Assembly: GCA_023129715.1 (NCBI GenBank)
Contig: JAGMBO010000055.1
Coordinates: forward strand, 19,327 to 83,326
Reading direction: 5' to 3'
Length of the DNA: 64,000 nt
DNA from: Candidatus Eiseniibacteriota bacterium
GTDB lineage: Bacteria; Eisenbacteria; RBG-16-71-46; CAIMUX01; WJJG01
Shown: positions 27,851 through 38,537 of the stretch, in pieces
Layout: every line of letters begins with the position of its first letter
How positions within the stretch are numbered: the first letter of the stretch is position 1
Notes under the pieces: model-generated
Seen by the model: only the letters and a program-made list of their open reading frames with translations
What the model was told of the DNA's origin: nothing
Database searches by the model: none
Position numbers and translations under genes: made by a program

Positions 27851-28900
27851 ATGGCAGAGATCAATGGAGAGCGTCGCCGCGACCGAGGTCGTCCGGGGCA
27901 CAGGCCGGGAGGCCGCCTGCCGCTCCTACCCTTCTCGCCCGAGGAACTCAAGCTCAAGCGACAGCAGTGGACCATCCGCAGCCGCGAGGCCCTGCCGTCC
28001 ATGGCGCGTGCCTACGCCATCATGGCGCTCGGCTGTCTCCTGATGGCCGCGGGGTACAGCTTCTTCATGATCCCGCAGAAGATCGCCCCGGGCGGGGTCT
28101 ATGGCATTGCCACCGTGCTCCACTACGCCTCCGGCGAACTGCTGGGCCGCTCGCTGCCTACCGGAGCCCTCGGCCTGGTGCTCAACATCCCTCTCTTCTT
28201 CTGGGGACTGCGGGCTCTCGGGGCGCGGTTCGTTGCCCGCACGCTCTTCGGCATGATCCTCGCCTCCGTCTTCATGGATGTGCTCAGCTATCTCATTCCC
28301 CGGGCCGGCTGGGAGGCGGTGATCCTCGGACTCGACCCGATGCTCGCGAGCCTCTTCGGCGGCCTGGCGATCGGCACCGGCTTAGGCCTTGTCTTCCGCA
28401 ACATGGGCTCCACGGGGGGCACCGATATCATCGGGCAAATCCTCGGCACCAAGACCAACACGAGCGTCGGGGTCTGGATGATGGTCGTCGATGCTGTGGT
28501 CGTGCTGCTGGCCGCTTTCTACTTCCGGAACCTGAACCTCTCGCTCTATGCGGTCGTGACGATCTTCGTCACCGGCCGGGTGATCGACTCGGTGCTCGAG
28601 GGGCGCAGCCACTCGCGGGCAGTCACGATCGTGACCGAACGGGGCGAATCCATTCGCGAGGCGATTGTCTTCGGGTTGGACAAGACCGGCACGCTCCTCG
28701 AGGGCCACGGCCTCTATCGCGGCCAGCGCAAGAACGTCTTTCTCTGCGTCGTCAATCGCAAGCAACTGATCCAGCTCGAGCAGCTCGTCGCCAAGGCCGA
28801 TCCCGCAGCGTTCCTGGTGGTGAGCAAGGCGCACGAGGTCCTCGGTGAGGGGTTCCGGCCGTTGAAGGACCGGCTGCCGGGGGCGACAGCGGGGATCTGA
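27851..28900 (+). CDS. YitT family membrane protein (DUF161 + DUF2179)
   Basis: KIAPGGVYGIA, LNIPLF, GSTGGTDII, GHGLYRG, DPAAFLVV..AHEVLGEGF. Confidence 0.92.
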   Translation: MAEINGERRRDRGRPGHRPGGRLPLLPFSPEELKLKRQQWTIRSREALPSMARAYAIMALGCLLMAAGYSFFMIPQKIAPGGVYGIATVLHYASGELLGRSLPTGALGLVLNIPLFFWGLRALGARFVARTLFGMILASVFMDVLSYLIPRAGWEAVILGLDPMLASLFGGLAIGTGLGLVFRNMGSTGGTDIIGQILGTKTNTSVGVWMMVVDAVVVLLAAFYFRNLNLSLYAVVTIFVTGRVIDSVLEGRSHSRAVTIVTERGESIREAIVFGLDKTGTLLEGHGLYRGQRKNVFLCVVNRKQLIQLEQLVAKADPAAFLVVSKAHEVLGEGFRPLKDRLPGATAGI

Positions 28901-28977
28901 ACGGCACGCGCTGCGGGAACTTGCTCACCCCGCGCGTTCCGCCCCGCGCCAGGCCCGCCGACCGGGAGTGCTTCGAC

Positions 28978-30330
28978 CTACGTCCCCGAGATCGCCATCT
29001 CCGCGACGCGGAAGGTCGGTGTCGTCGTCCGCGCGCGGTGCTCGAGGTCGTTGCCGATTCGGTCGATGGCGGCGAGCATCTCGCGCAATGTGCTGCCGAT
29101 GGTGATCCCGCGGACGGGATGCACGACTTCCCCGTTTTCGATCCACAGCCCCATCGCCGCCGAGGAGAAGGTATCCGTCGCCGGTGACATGCCGACCCAC
29201 CATCCGGAGAGGACCATCAGCAGAAGACCCCGCTCGGTCTCCCGGATGATTTCCGCGGGCGTCGCGGAGCCGGCATCCATGTAGTAGTTGCTCGTGCCGA
29301 TCTCGATGCTCGCATCGTAGGCGTCGCGGGTGGCATTGCCTCCCGGGGGCAGACCGAGCTTCTCGGCGCTGGCGAGATCGGTGAGATAGGCGGCCAGCTT
29401 GCCGTTCTCGATCAACGGCTGATTGCCCGTCGGCGTCCCCTCAGCATCGAAGGCCCGCGCGCCCGGTCCCTCCGTCAGCAGCGGATTGTCACGGATCGTC
29501 ACCGCCGGCGCCGCCAACTCCTCACCCAGCTTGCCGGCGAGGTAAGAACGCTCCAGCGCCACATGGTCGCCGCGCAGCGCGGGGGTCAGGCGGGAGAGGA
29601 ATGTCCAGCCGGTGTAGGGCGTGAAGATGACCGGCGCCTTGGTCGAGGGAATCGGCCGCGCGCCGAGCAGCGCCGTGGCCCGCTCGCCCGCCTCGAGGCC
29701 GAACGGCGTCGGATCGGGCAGTGCGGAGCGCGAGGAAACGGATGCATACCGCCCCCCGGTCGTCGTTTCCCCGCCCCGTTCGGCGATCGCCTCGGCATAT
29801 ATCGAGAGATTGCAGAGTGGACGGGCGAGTTGCAGACCCCGTGAATTCGCAATCGCCACCTCGCCTACCTGCTCCGAGTAGGAAACACTCGCCGCCCGGG
29901 CCACGTCCGGCACGGCGAGGATCGCCCGCTCGATCTCCACGAGTCGATCGCGCTTCTTGCCAAAGGGCTCCGCAGCGAGCCCCGGGTCGGAATGCGGCAG
30001 CGGCTCGATCGCCCGGGCGAGTGCGCGCAGCACAGGATCGCTTGACGGCGGCAGGGCGCCGGCCATCTCGACCGCCTTGGCGGCCAAGTCCTCCAACGAG
30101 GCGGGAGTAAGATCGGTCGTGTGCACGAGCGCTGTCTTGCCCTCACGCGTCACCCGCAAGCCGAGTCCCCGGCTGGTCGCGCGCCGGAGACTCTCCACCT
30201 CGCCCTCGTGGACCTCCAGATCGAGACTCGAGGTCGATGCCAGAAAGGCATCCGCCTCTGCTGCTCCGGCAGCGATGGCTTTCTCGACGGCCGCCACGGC
30301 AATCGTCAGCGCCTTCTCCTCGCCCTTCAT
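28978..30330 (-). CDS. pmbA: PmbA/TldE family protein
   Basis: RGLGLRV, FDAEG.P, GN..R, GLWIENGE..HPV.GITI; no HExxxH; no signal peptide. Confidence 0.9.
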   Translation of the reverse strand: MKGEEKALTIAVAAVEKAIAAGAAEADAFLASTSSLDLEVHEGEVESLRRATSRGLGLRVTREGKTALVHTTDLTPASLEDLAAKAVEMAGALPPSSDPVLRALARAIEPLPHSDPGLAAEPFGKKRDRLVEIERAILAVPDVARAASVSYSEQVGEVAIANSRGLQLARPLCNLSIYAEAIAERGGETTTGGRYASVSSRSALPDPTPFGLEAGERATALLGARPIPSTKAPVIFTPYTGWTFLSRLTPALRGDHVALERSYLAGKLGEELAAPAVTIRDNPLLTEGPGARAFDAEGTPTGNQPLIENGKLAAYLTDLASAEKLGLPPGGNATRDAYDASIEIGTSNYYMDAGSATPAEIIRETERGLLLMVLSGWWVGMSPATDTFSSAAMGLWIENGEVVHPVRGITIGSTLREMLAAIDRIGNDLEHRARTTTPTFRVAEMAISGT

Positions 30331-30377
30331 CGCCCTTCCTCCCTGATGGAGACTCCACTCATTCGAGCCCGGCGCAG

Positions 30378-30456
30378 CTCCCCGAGCTTGAAACCGTCGG
30401 CTCACTCGCGCACGTCACAACTCCCCGAGCTTGAAACCGTCGGCTCACTCGCGCAC
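30378..30456. repeat. 36-bp exact direct repeat x2 (7-nt gap)
   Basis: ctccccgagcttgaaaccgtcggctcactcgcgcac at 30378 and 30421. Confidence 0.92.
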
Positions 30457-30509
30457 AGGGCAAGTCGCCGAGCGTAGACTGCCGGCCCCGGACCCGGCCT
30501 GAAACGGGC

Positions 30510-32015
30510 CTAGGTGGTTCCGCCCACCGTGATCCGGGAGATGCGCAGCGTCGGACATCCACTCGTCACCGGCACCCACTGATCGCCCTTGCCGCAGGTC
30601 CCCGGCCAGGAGCCGTAGTCGCTGCCGACCCGGTCGATGCGTTCGAGCACTTCGATGCCGGCACCGACGAGATTGGCCCCCTTGATCGGGGCGGTCACCT
30701 TGCCATCCTCGATCAAGTAGGCTTCGCGCAGGCCGAAGGTGAACTGCCCGCTGCCCGTGTCGACCTCCCCACCGCCGAAGTGCACCGCGTAGACGCCCCG
30801 GGGGGTCGCCTTGATGATCTCCTCGGGCGACTCCCGCCCGGGAGCGACATAGGTATTCGTCATCCGGACCATGGGCGGATAGCGGAACGACTGACGACGG
30901 CCATTCGCGGTCGCCGCCATGCCCATCGCGTGCGCCGTCCGGCGGTCCTGCATGTAGCTGACCAACCGGCCCCGATCGATCAGGAGCGTCTTGGCCGCTG
31001 GGGTGGCCTCGTCGTCGATGTTGAAGCTCCCGCGGGCATTCGGAATTGCGGCATCGTCATAGAGGGTCACCAGCTCCGAGGCGACCATCTCGCCCGATCG
31101 CCCCGCGAATACCGAGGTGTCGCGGATGATCGCGTCCGCCTCGAGCCCATGCCCGACTGCCTCGTGGAACATGACCCCGCCCCCCGCGGCCACGACCACG
31201 GGCATCTCCCCGGTCGGCGCGGGAACCGCATCAAGCAGGCGCATCGCCTGCTCGGCCGCCTCCCGGCCGGCGCGTTCGGGATGATCCCCACCCATGAACT
31301 CCATCCCGGCGCGCTGCGAGGCGCGCGAGGCCCCCTCGGCGCGCTCGCCATCGCGCTCTGCGGTCACGGTGACGCGGAAGTAGATGATCGGGAGCTCATC
31401 GTAGCCGAGCTGACCGCTCGCGGTGGCGATCGCGAAGCGCTGAACTTCATCGGTGTAGTCGACCGTCACCTGTTTCACGGCGGGGTCGACCGCGCGCGCC
31501 GATCGGTCGGCCCGCTCGAGCAAGGCCACCTTGGCGGGGATCCCGGCCGCATCGATCGCCTCGCGGGCCACGATGTAACGCGGGACGTCGATCGATGACA
31601 CCGGAACCGGTCCCACCTCCTGGCCGGCACTGGCGATCTCCGCCGCGGTGCTCGCCGCCGCGGTGAGTGCGGCGGGATCGAGGCTCTCGGTATAGGCATA
31701 GCCGCTCCGCTCACCGGCGAGGGTGCGAACGCCGCCGCCTTGGAGAACACCATATTCGAGTGACTCGATCCGGCTGTCGACGATTCGGATGTGGGTGCGC
31801 ACACGGTTTTCGACGAAGAGATCGGCGTAGTGCCCGCCCCGCTCGAGCGCCCGGGCGAGGATACGGTTCATCTCCTCTTGCGGCAGGAAGTCCTCCGGCC
31901 CGGCCGGTGGCGCCGCCAGCAGCCGCTCGGTCTCCCGCCACCAATCACCGAGGGCCAGAGCCGAGACCGCAAGACAGCTCCCCTTGAGAAATCCCCGGCG
32001 TGAGATCGTGATCAT
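30510..32015 (-). CDS. tldD: TldD metalloprotease with twin-arginine signal peptide
   Basis: SRRGFLK + hydrophobic stretch; FHEAVGHGLEAD (HExxxH); RMTNTY; CGKGDQWVPV. Confidence 0.93.
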   Translation of the reverse strand: MITISRRGFLKGSCLAVSALALGDWWRETERLLAAPPAGPEDFLPQEEMNRILARALERGGHYADLFVENRVRTHIRIVDSRIESLEYGVLQGGGVRTLAGERSGYAYTESLDPAALTAAASTAAEIASAGQEVGPVPVSSIDVPRYIVAREAIDAAGIPAKVALLERADRSARAVDPAVKQVTVDYTDEVQRFAIATASGQLGYDELPIIYFRVTVTAERDGERAEGASRASQRAGMEFMGGDHPERAGREAAEQAMRLLDAVPAPTGEMPVVVAAGGGVMFHEAVGHGLEADAIIRDTSVFAGRSGEMVASELVTLYDDAAIPNARGSFNIDDEATPAAKTLLIDRGRLVSYMQDRRTAHAMGMAATANGRRQSFRYPPMVRMTNTYVAPGRESPEEIIKATPRGVYAVHFGGGEVDTGSGQFTFGLREAYLIEDGKVTAPIKGANLVGAGIEVLERIDRVGSDYGSWPGTCGKGDQWVPVTSGCPTLRISRITVGGTT

Positions 32016-32108
32016 CGGATCCCTCCTCCTCGTCGGACAGAGTCAGCGCCCCGTAGAACAGAATCGGTGCCCAGTCTCGATGGGGGGGAGGGGAGCAACT
32101 GGGCGCGA

Positions 32109-35100
32109 TCAATGTACCAGCAAAATCCGCGCGCGGCGGATCTCTTGGGGGGTTCGCAGCCGCAGCCAGTATACGCCGCTCGGAAGCCTCCGCCCACGTT
32201 CATCGCGACCCTCCCAGACAAGACTGCCGGATGCGGCCCCGCTCAACGCCGCCGGGGGCAGCCCGCGGCGCAGATCAGCAACCATCCGTCCGGTAAGATC
32301 ATATACGGAAAGCTCTTCCAGGGACGCGCCGCCGAGCTCATAGCGAATCTCCGTCCGGCCGCCGGCGATCGCTCCGGCGGTCAGGCCGACGAGAGCCGCA
32401 GCCGGGCCGCCGGGCTCACAGTAGGTCTCACCCACCGTCCGGCGGTTGCCGTAACCGTCGACCGCCACCAGCCGATAACGGCAGCGGGCTGCCTCTCCGC
32501 CGGAGTGGGCGACCTCGGGATGGTCGACGAACCGTTCGCATCCGGCTGCGAGCATCCCATCGTGCACCTTGGTCTCGGCGCCCCAAAGCCCCTCGCTTTC
32601 GGCGGCGCGGTAGAGCTCGAGCCCCGCGAGCGGCCGCTGATCGGTGAGCGCCCAGCAGGCTTCGACCTGGGGCCCAACCCCAGGACGGGGATGCCAGTGG
32701 GCGGTGAAGTGCCCCGTCGCCAACGGCTCATAGACCGGCGCCGTCGTCGTGAACTTGATCGCCAAGCCCGCCGAGAGGGGCGCCGCCCCGGTCGCGTATT
32801 GGTTGCTGAAGCTGTAGACCAGGCCGCGCTCCTCGGTGTGGTCTTCGATCCCAACGGTGGCATACATGCGTGTGTAATCGTCGTTGACGATCTGCTTGTA
32901 CTGGAAGATCAGCTCGCCGTCGCCCGACTCGGTCGGGTAGTGGCTGGGATCACGGAGGAGCACCTCGAAGGTCTGATAATCGTCGGTCGTCTCTTCCCAG
33001 TTCTGCAGCCGGCTCCACTCGACGACAAGGCAGTGGCGCTCCTGATCGTGCCAGGCATAGATGCCGTCACTGCCCGGGATGCCGGGATCGAGGTTGTCCC
33101 AGAAGGGGGCGACCATGCTCGCCCCACCCCACACATCCGGCATGTTCCAATTGCGGATGTCATACCAATAGTCGGTATCGAACGACATCCACCCATTGTC
33201 ACTGACTCTGATCGTGTCGTAGGGAACGCCGTAGTAGGTGAAGGTGAACGGCAAGCCGACGATTTGGGAGTGCTTGTTATCGTAGATCTCCTCGAGCTCG
33301 GTACCCGCGCCGCCGAAGAGCGGAGAACACTCGACCCAGGCATAGACCGGCGCCTGTCCCGGGTAGTCGAAGTCGGCGCTGTCGTAGCCGTAGTAGCCGT
33401 AGGTGTCGGGACCGACGGGGACCGATGGATCGTGGGGGCCGACGACGAGATTGCAGGCGACGTTCGTCTTCGGGCCATCTGCGCTGCTGACCTCGAGCAC
33501 GAGCGGAATCACCGTGCCTCCTGGAACTGTCGCCCCGACCTGGATCACGAATGGCTCGCCATCGTTGCTTGCCTCGGCACCGGGGGCGATTTCAGCAAAT
33601 CCGGCGACCGAGTCGACCAGGGCCACGAAACCCGGCACGACCGGAGCGAGCTCGGCGGTCAGCGCCCCCGCCGCCGCGCTGCCCTCGTTGGCCAGGGTAA
33701 CCACCAGCTCGACCGTCTCCCCCGGATCGAAGATCTCGTCGCCGCCATCGCTCACCCGACGGCAGACAAACCGCGGGGCGCCCGCGGCCAACCGGAACTC
33801 CGAGGGGGTCAACTCGCCGATGCCCGCGATCGTGGGCGTGCAGAGGTAGCGCAGCCGCCTGCCGTCCTCGGTATCTGCCGCGGCTTGGAGCGCAAGGGCA
33901 TCGCTCGCGGTCCCCGATCCACCAGGGGCCAGCGCCCCGATGCTGGTCGTGGCCACCACGGTCGGGTCATCCCCGGGGCCGGTGATCGTCAACGTGGCTC
34001 CATCGAGAACGGCCGTGCCGGTATTGGTCAGCGTCAGGGTAACTTCGGTCGATGCGCCGGGGAGCAGCCCGCCGCCGCCCGTGCACGCGGCGGCCGTGAC
34101 GGTCACCGCGTGCTCTTCGGCCTCGATCGCCAGCGCCGCCGAAAGCGGATAGCGGTTCGTCCCGGTCACCTGAACGTGGATCGTATCCTCGCCCGCCGGG
34201 GTGAACCAGACCCGCGCGATCCCCGACGCGTCGGTCGGCGCGTAGCCGATCAGCGCGGTGTTCTGGTCGGTGTTCCGGGTCAGCGCCACATGGGCGGCCG
34301 CCACCGGCACGCCCGATCCGTCGGTGACCTCAACGATCAAGAAGTTCCTGCCGCTGGAAGGCCCCTCGATGACCGTCAGGGTCATCTCCGCCGGGCGCGC
34401 CGTCCACATCGCCAGGCTCGGATCCCCAAGCAGGTTGTACGTATGCATGTAGTACTCGACACACTCCTCCCTTTCATCGTCGAGCGCGTCCTCCGTGCGC
34501 AACTCGGTCGGGAAGTGTTCGATCAAACGCAATTTGCTGCCGGCCAGCATCCGGCCCAGCTCATGCTCGCCGGCATGGCAGATCTCTTCGAAGATCCCCA
34601 TCGCCAACCGGTCGTTCCAGCGCGAGTGAGACCAGTGCTCGCCGGTGCCGATGAAGCCGACCGCGCCCTGCGGTTCGGCGACCGTCCCCGTCTTCATCCA
34701 GGCCTCGCCGAAACAATCCATATCGACGTTGCCGAAATTCCCCGTGTGGCAGACGATGCTGAAGACGACCGGCATGCGCCAGCCGTTCTGCAGCTCGCGC
34801 ACATCGTCGTCGATATAGGTCGGCGGCTGCCAGCCGCGGTCTCCCATGGCCCAGCCGCGGTAGTTGATGATGCCGACCCCGCGATCGACGAAGTATTTGA
34901 TCAAGGCGTCCCCGTTCCACCAGGGATGGTCGGGGGAGTCGGACCAGTAAACACTGTCGATCTGCGTGTAGCCGATGCCGCGCAGCTCTTCCCCTACCCA
35001 GCGGCTCAACGCCACCGGCGTCGAGGCGTTATAGTTGCCCGCGGTCAACAGCGCGCGGGTGAACCACCCGGCGTCCCCCGTCGTGTCGGGTGCGCTCTCA

Positions 35101-36101
35101 TAGCCGATCGTCTTGGCGACCTGCAGCTCGACTTCGCTGGGATACTTCGCGGCAAAGCGGCCGACGAAGAGATCGGGCAGGAAATCGTCGCCGTCGACGC
35201 AGGCGTAGGGATGGTCGGAGACGTTGCCGCTCACATCCCAGGCCGGAACGAGATTGAGCGCGCCATCAGCATCCCCGACGAGCAAGACGTAGAGCGGGGG
35301 CTGATCCCAGGTCTCGTAGGCGGTGCGGATGTAGTCGCGGATCGCCTCACGGGAGGTCCCGGTCTCGACGGTGGTGGCGAGGTGGACCTCATAGCCCATG
35401 CGGGTCTTCCAGGCAATCAGGGGATCGAGCGCATCGACGAGTTCAGGGGCGGTGACGATCAGATAGACACCCCGGTGGTCCATTCCGCCTTCCATTCCCG
35501 CCGCGGCGACCCGCTGCCTCGCGGGGGCCCAGATCCCGGTCGGACCATCGTTCTGCGGCGCGGCGCCCGACAGAGCGGACCCGGCTCCGGCTGCATCGAA
35601 GCGGATCTCGACGCGGCCGCCGGCGGCCGCGATCCGGCGCAGAGCGCGGGCATCGGTGATGACCAGCGGCACCACCGCGCGTCCACGCAGGATCATTCGC
35701 GGGCCCAGGGTAACGACAGCAGGATCGAGTAGCGCGCGACCCTCGCCGTCGAGGATCGCAATGCTGTTCAGGGCGATTTCCTCGGTACCGGGCGGAAGGC
35801 CAACGAGCACTCCGCGTCCACGCGAATCGCCCCCGAGCGTGATCGCATCTCCAGAGAGCGTGGCGGCGAGGAGCCCGTCCCGGGCGATCGCGGGGACCAG
35901 CGTGACCGGAAGTCCGCCCCCCGAGGAGGCGCGCACGCCGGTGGCCGGGACCGCATCTACGGAACCAGCCGCTGGTTGCGAAGCTCCGGCGAGAAGCCCG
36001 GCCAGACACAGACAACCGGACAGACACAGACAAACCGTGGCCAGGCTGATCGGATCCCGCCACCCGGAAATCGGTCTCAACTGCCTCCGCCTAGGATCCA
36101 T
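32109..36101 (-). CDS. Secreted C25 gingipain-like protein, His-less variant, with NIDO-like module and FlgD-Ig tail
   Basis: LYVLLVGDAD, SDHPY...DFLPDLFVGRF, IINYRGW, SIVCHTGNF, YNLLGDPSL; GPDTYGYY module; C-terminal SGVYWLRL. Confidence 0.87.
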   Translation of the reverse strand: MDPRRRQLRPISGWRDPISLATVCLCLSGCLCLAGLLAGASQPAAGSVDAVPATGVRASSGGGLPVTLVPAIARDGLLAATLSGDAITLGGDSRGRGVLVGLPPGTEEIALNSIAILDGEGRALLDPAVVTLGPRMILRGRAVVPLVITDARALRRIAAAGGRVEIRFDAAGAGSALSGAAPQNDGPTGIWAPARQRVAAAGMEGGMDHRGVYLIVTAPELVDALDPLIAWKTRMGYEVHLATTVETGTSREAIRDYIRTAYETWDQPPLYVLLVGDADGALNLVPAWDVSGNVSDHPYACVDGDDFLPDLFVGRFAAKYPSEVELQVAKTIGYESAPDTTGDAGWFTRALLTAGNYNASTPVALSRWVGEELRGIGYTQIDSVYWSDSPDHPWWNGDALIKYFVDRGVGIINYRGWAMGDRGWQPPTYIDDDVRELQNGWRMPVVFSIVCHTGNFGNVDMDCFGEAWMKTGTVAEPQGAVGFIGTGEHWSHSRWNDRLAMGIFEEICHAGEHELGRMLAGSKLRLIEHFPTELRTEDALDDEREECVEYYMHTYNLLGDPSLAMWTARPAEMTLTVIEGPSSGRNFLIVEVTDGSGVPVAAAHVALTRNTDQNTALIGYAPTDASGIARVWFTPAGEDTIHVQVTGTNRYPLSAALAIEAEEHAVTVTAAACTGGGGLLPGASTEVTLTLTNTGTAVLDGATLTITGPGDDPTVVATTSIGALAPGGSGTASDALALQAAADTEDGRRLRYLCTPTIAGIGELTPSEFRLAAGAPRFVCRRVSDGGDEIFDPGETVELVVTLANEGSAAAGALTAELAPVVPGFVALVDSVAGFAEIAPGAEASNDGEPFVIQVGATVPGGTVIPLVLEVSSADGPKTNVACNLVVGPHDPSVPVGPDTYGYYGYDSADFDYPGQAPVYAWVECSPLFGGAGTELEEIYDNKHSQIVGLPFTFTYYGVPYDTIRVSDNGWMSFDTDYWYDIRNWNMPDVWGGASMVAPFWDNLDPGIPGSDGIYAWHDQERHCLVVEWSRLQNWEETTDDYQTFEVLLRDPSHYPTESGDGELIFQYKQIVNDDYTRMYATVGIEDHTEERGLVYSFSNQYATGAAPLSAGLAIKFTTTAPVYEPLATGHFTAHWHPRPGVGPQVEACWALTDQRPLAGLELYRAAESEGLWGAETKVHDGMLAAGCERFVDHPEVAHSGGEAARCRYRLVAVDGYGNRRTVGETYCEPGGPAAALVGLTAGAIAGGRTEIRYELGGASLEELSVYDLTGRMVADLRRGLPPAALSGAASGSLVWEGRDERGRRLPSGVYWLRLRTPQEIRRARILLVH

Positions 36102-36192
36102 ACATCCCCCCGTGCGGTGTTGTGCGTGGGATTGCGTCCGGCTGCACTCAGCGGCAAGCACGAATTGTAGCACGGGCGTGTGGAACGAAACA

Positions 36193-36256
36193 CCTGGAAG
36201 GCGCCCTGGAAGGTGCCCCGGAAGGCGTTCCGGAAGGCGCCCCGGAAGGCGCCCCG
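36193..36256. repeat. 12-bp tandem repeat x5
   Basis: cc(t/c)ggaaggcgc units upstream of the minus-strand C25 gene. Confidence 0.9.
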
Positions 36257-36414
36257 CAGGAACCGCGCCCAACAAGCCGATTCCGCATCGACCGGCCCTG
36301 CTCGCCGTCGAGGAGTCCGGCCTCCCTACCCGTCCTCAGATTATCCTTACCAGAAAGGCGATCGCCCCCCGGGGAAGGGGACGATCGCCTCGTCGACCTC
36401 TTAGTCGTTCCACA

Positions 36415-38082
36415 CTAACGCAGCCGCAGCATGCGCATGCTCTCGATCAGATCACCGGCCCGCAGGCGGTAGAAGTAGACCCCGCTGCCCGCCTGCCCTC
36501 CGTCGAGGGTCCCGCCGTTCCAGGAGGCCTGATGCAGACCCGCCGGCAGCCAGCCCTCGTGAAGCCGGGCGATCCGCCGGCCGCTCGGATCGTAGATGTC
36601 CAGGGTAACCCGCTCGCCCTGGCTCAGGGCGAAGGAGACCATCGTGCTGCGCGCGAAGGGATTCGGCTGGTTGCCGAGCAGCGCCGCCCGCCGGGTGAGA
36701 TCCTCGGGAACATCGGAATCACAGCCGGCCGTGCGGGCGCCGATCAGCCCGCCGCCGCAGGTGCCCGCCCCCCCGGGGTGATTGCCCGGCGCGCAGGGCG
36801 AGGCGTCGTCGACGTGGAAGTTGCCGGCAATCGCATCGCAGAGCAGCGGATCGAGCGAGAAACAATCCGTGTGTGTGCCGCAGAGATCATCCCCGCCGGC
36901 ATTGCCATACACATCGCAGCAGCTAATCGTGATCAACTCGGGGTTACTAGCGCACCAGATCCCTTGCCCCGCCGTGCTCGCCGCGCTGATTGTGTAGGCA
37001 ATCGAGATCTCGTGCGGCGGCGAAGCCAGTGGCTTCAGGCCGATGTTGCCAGCAAAGCCGTAACTGCCTCCGACCGAGTTCCCATGGAATGTGCAGTTCG
37101 ACATCTCGAGCGCGGCGTACTTGACGTAGAGCCCGCCCCCGTCGCACCAATCTCCGGTCACGGAGTTGTCGGTGACCAGGCAGCGCGTTATCTCAACCGT
37201 GGCGAGGGAAGAGACCAGGACCCCGCCGCCGAGGCCTTCACTGCCGGCGGCGGTGTTGCCACTGATGACGCAGTTGTCGATCAGCCCGCCGGGATCGTTG
37301 GAAAGATAGACCAGGCCCCCGCCACTACCGCCCGAGTAGTTGTTGGTGATCTCGCAGTTGATCACCGTCGGGGCGCCATTGAGAATGCCGATCCCGCCCC
37401 CCATCACGCCGCCGGGAGAGTCGCCGGCGGTGGTGTTGTTGTCGATCAGACAGTGATCGAGAACCGCATCGCCGCGGAGCTGGACACCGGCATTCGAGGG
37501 ACCGCTATTGCCGATGATCGAACACTCGTAGAAGTAGGGAGCGCAGTCGATCTCGACGTCGATGCCGGCACCCGCCTTGCCCGCGCTGCCTTCGAAGACG
37601 GAATGACTGACCGTACCGCCGGAGTTCTGAATGAAGGCGATGCCCCCATTGGCCCCGTCCATGACCTTGACGTGGTGGAGATAGGCTGTCGACTGCTTGA
37701 GCAGGACACCGACGCCGTAGTTCTCTCCATCCGAGTTGCGCACTGTCAGATGGGCAACCTCCGCGTCGCTCACCTGATAGAAATGGATCCCGCGTCCGCG
37801 AAGATCGGCATCAATGATCGTCTCGTCGAGGCCGGCACCCCGTACGGTGATACCCGACTTCATCACGACAACGCACTTGGTCGTATCTCCGCCACCGGCC
37901 TCGTGCGTCACATCGGAGTAGACCCCGGCCCCCACTTCGACGATGTCGCCCGCCTGGGCGTCATCGACCGCGGCTTGGATGGTCGCATAGGGAACGGGAA
38001 CCGTGAGGGTAGCCGCCCACGCCGGCAGGACCAGCCCCAGAAGGCAAGCCACGGCCCCGCCAAGTACCCAGAAGATCCTCAT
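36415..38082 (-). CDS. Secreted right-handed parallel beta-helix protein with FlgD-Ig tail
   Basis: Signal peptide ending AWA; TIQAAVDDA..GDIVEV..GVY; repeated I.NC.I..N..GGG; C-terminal SGVYFYRL. Confidence 0.88.
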   Translation of the reverse strand: MRIFWVLGGAVACLLGLVLPAWAATLTVPVPYATIQAAVDDAQAGDIVEVGAGVYSDVTHEAGGGDTTKCVVVMKSGITVRGAGLDETIIDADLRGRGIHFYQVSDAEVAHLTVRNSDGENYGVGVLLKQSTAYLHHVKVMDGANGGIAFIQNSGGTVSHSVFEGSAGKAGAGIDVEIDCAPYFYECSIIGNSGPSNAGVQLRGDAVLDHCLIDNNTTAGDSPGGVMGGGIGILNGAPTVINCEITNNYSGGSGGGLVYLSNDPGGLIDNCVISGNTAAGSEGLGGGVLVSSLATVEITRCLVTDNSVTGDWCDGGGLYVKYAALEMSNCTFHGNSVGGSYGFAGNIGLKPLASPPHEISIAYTISAASTAGQGIWCASNPELITISCCDVYGNAGGDDLCGTHTDCFSLDPLLCDAIAGNFHVDDASPCAPGNHPGGAGTCGGGLIGARTAGCDSDVPEDLTRRAALLGNQPNPFARSTMVSFALSQGERVTLDIYDPSGRRIARLHEGWLPAGLHQASWNGGTLDGGQAGSGVYFYRLRAGDLIESMRMLRLR

Positions 38083-38537
38083 TTCTTCCTCCTCGGCTGC
38101 TTCGAAACCCAGCGATGTCCCGGTAATTATACCACATCCGGTCTCGCGACCCCATCCGGGCATCTTGCCGATCCGCACGGACCGCGCTTGGCCCAATTCG
38201 GCCACTTCGCTCTGGGGGCCCGAAAGACCATCGGTTACGCCGCCTCCGGCCGCCGGCCGGCGGAATCCGTAGGCCTCCTGGCAGCAGGACCCGTGGACGG
38301 GCCTTTCACTCCACCCCCCAAACGCGGTATCATATGACGTAGACTAGTTGTTTTTGCATCTGCGTAACCGTCGAGACAACTTGGGCTGCGCAACGACCAC
38401 ACTCGTTTCCGGTCCTTCGATCGTGGATCTTCCACTGTCGCAGCTATGTCGAAGGGGTTGCACTACTGGGACGCGGTGACCGGCGCTCCGGGGCGTGAAG
38501 GCGTGCCCGCGATGTCGGTCCGGTGGAGGAGAATGAC

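Noticed and set aside
30378-30456. 36-bp direct repeat pair as a CRISPR repeat or att site
   Set aside because: Only two copies with a 7-nt gap and no integrase; best read as a local duplication.
32067-35732. 1221-aa plus-strand ORF
   Set aside because: Exact antisense shadow of the C25 gene; no motifs, typical of high-GC stop-poor reverse frames.
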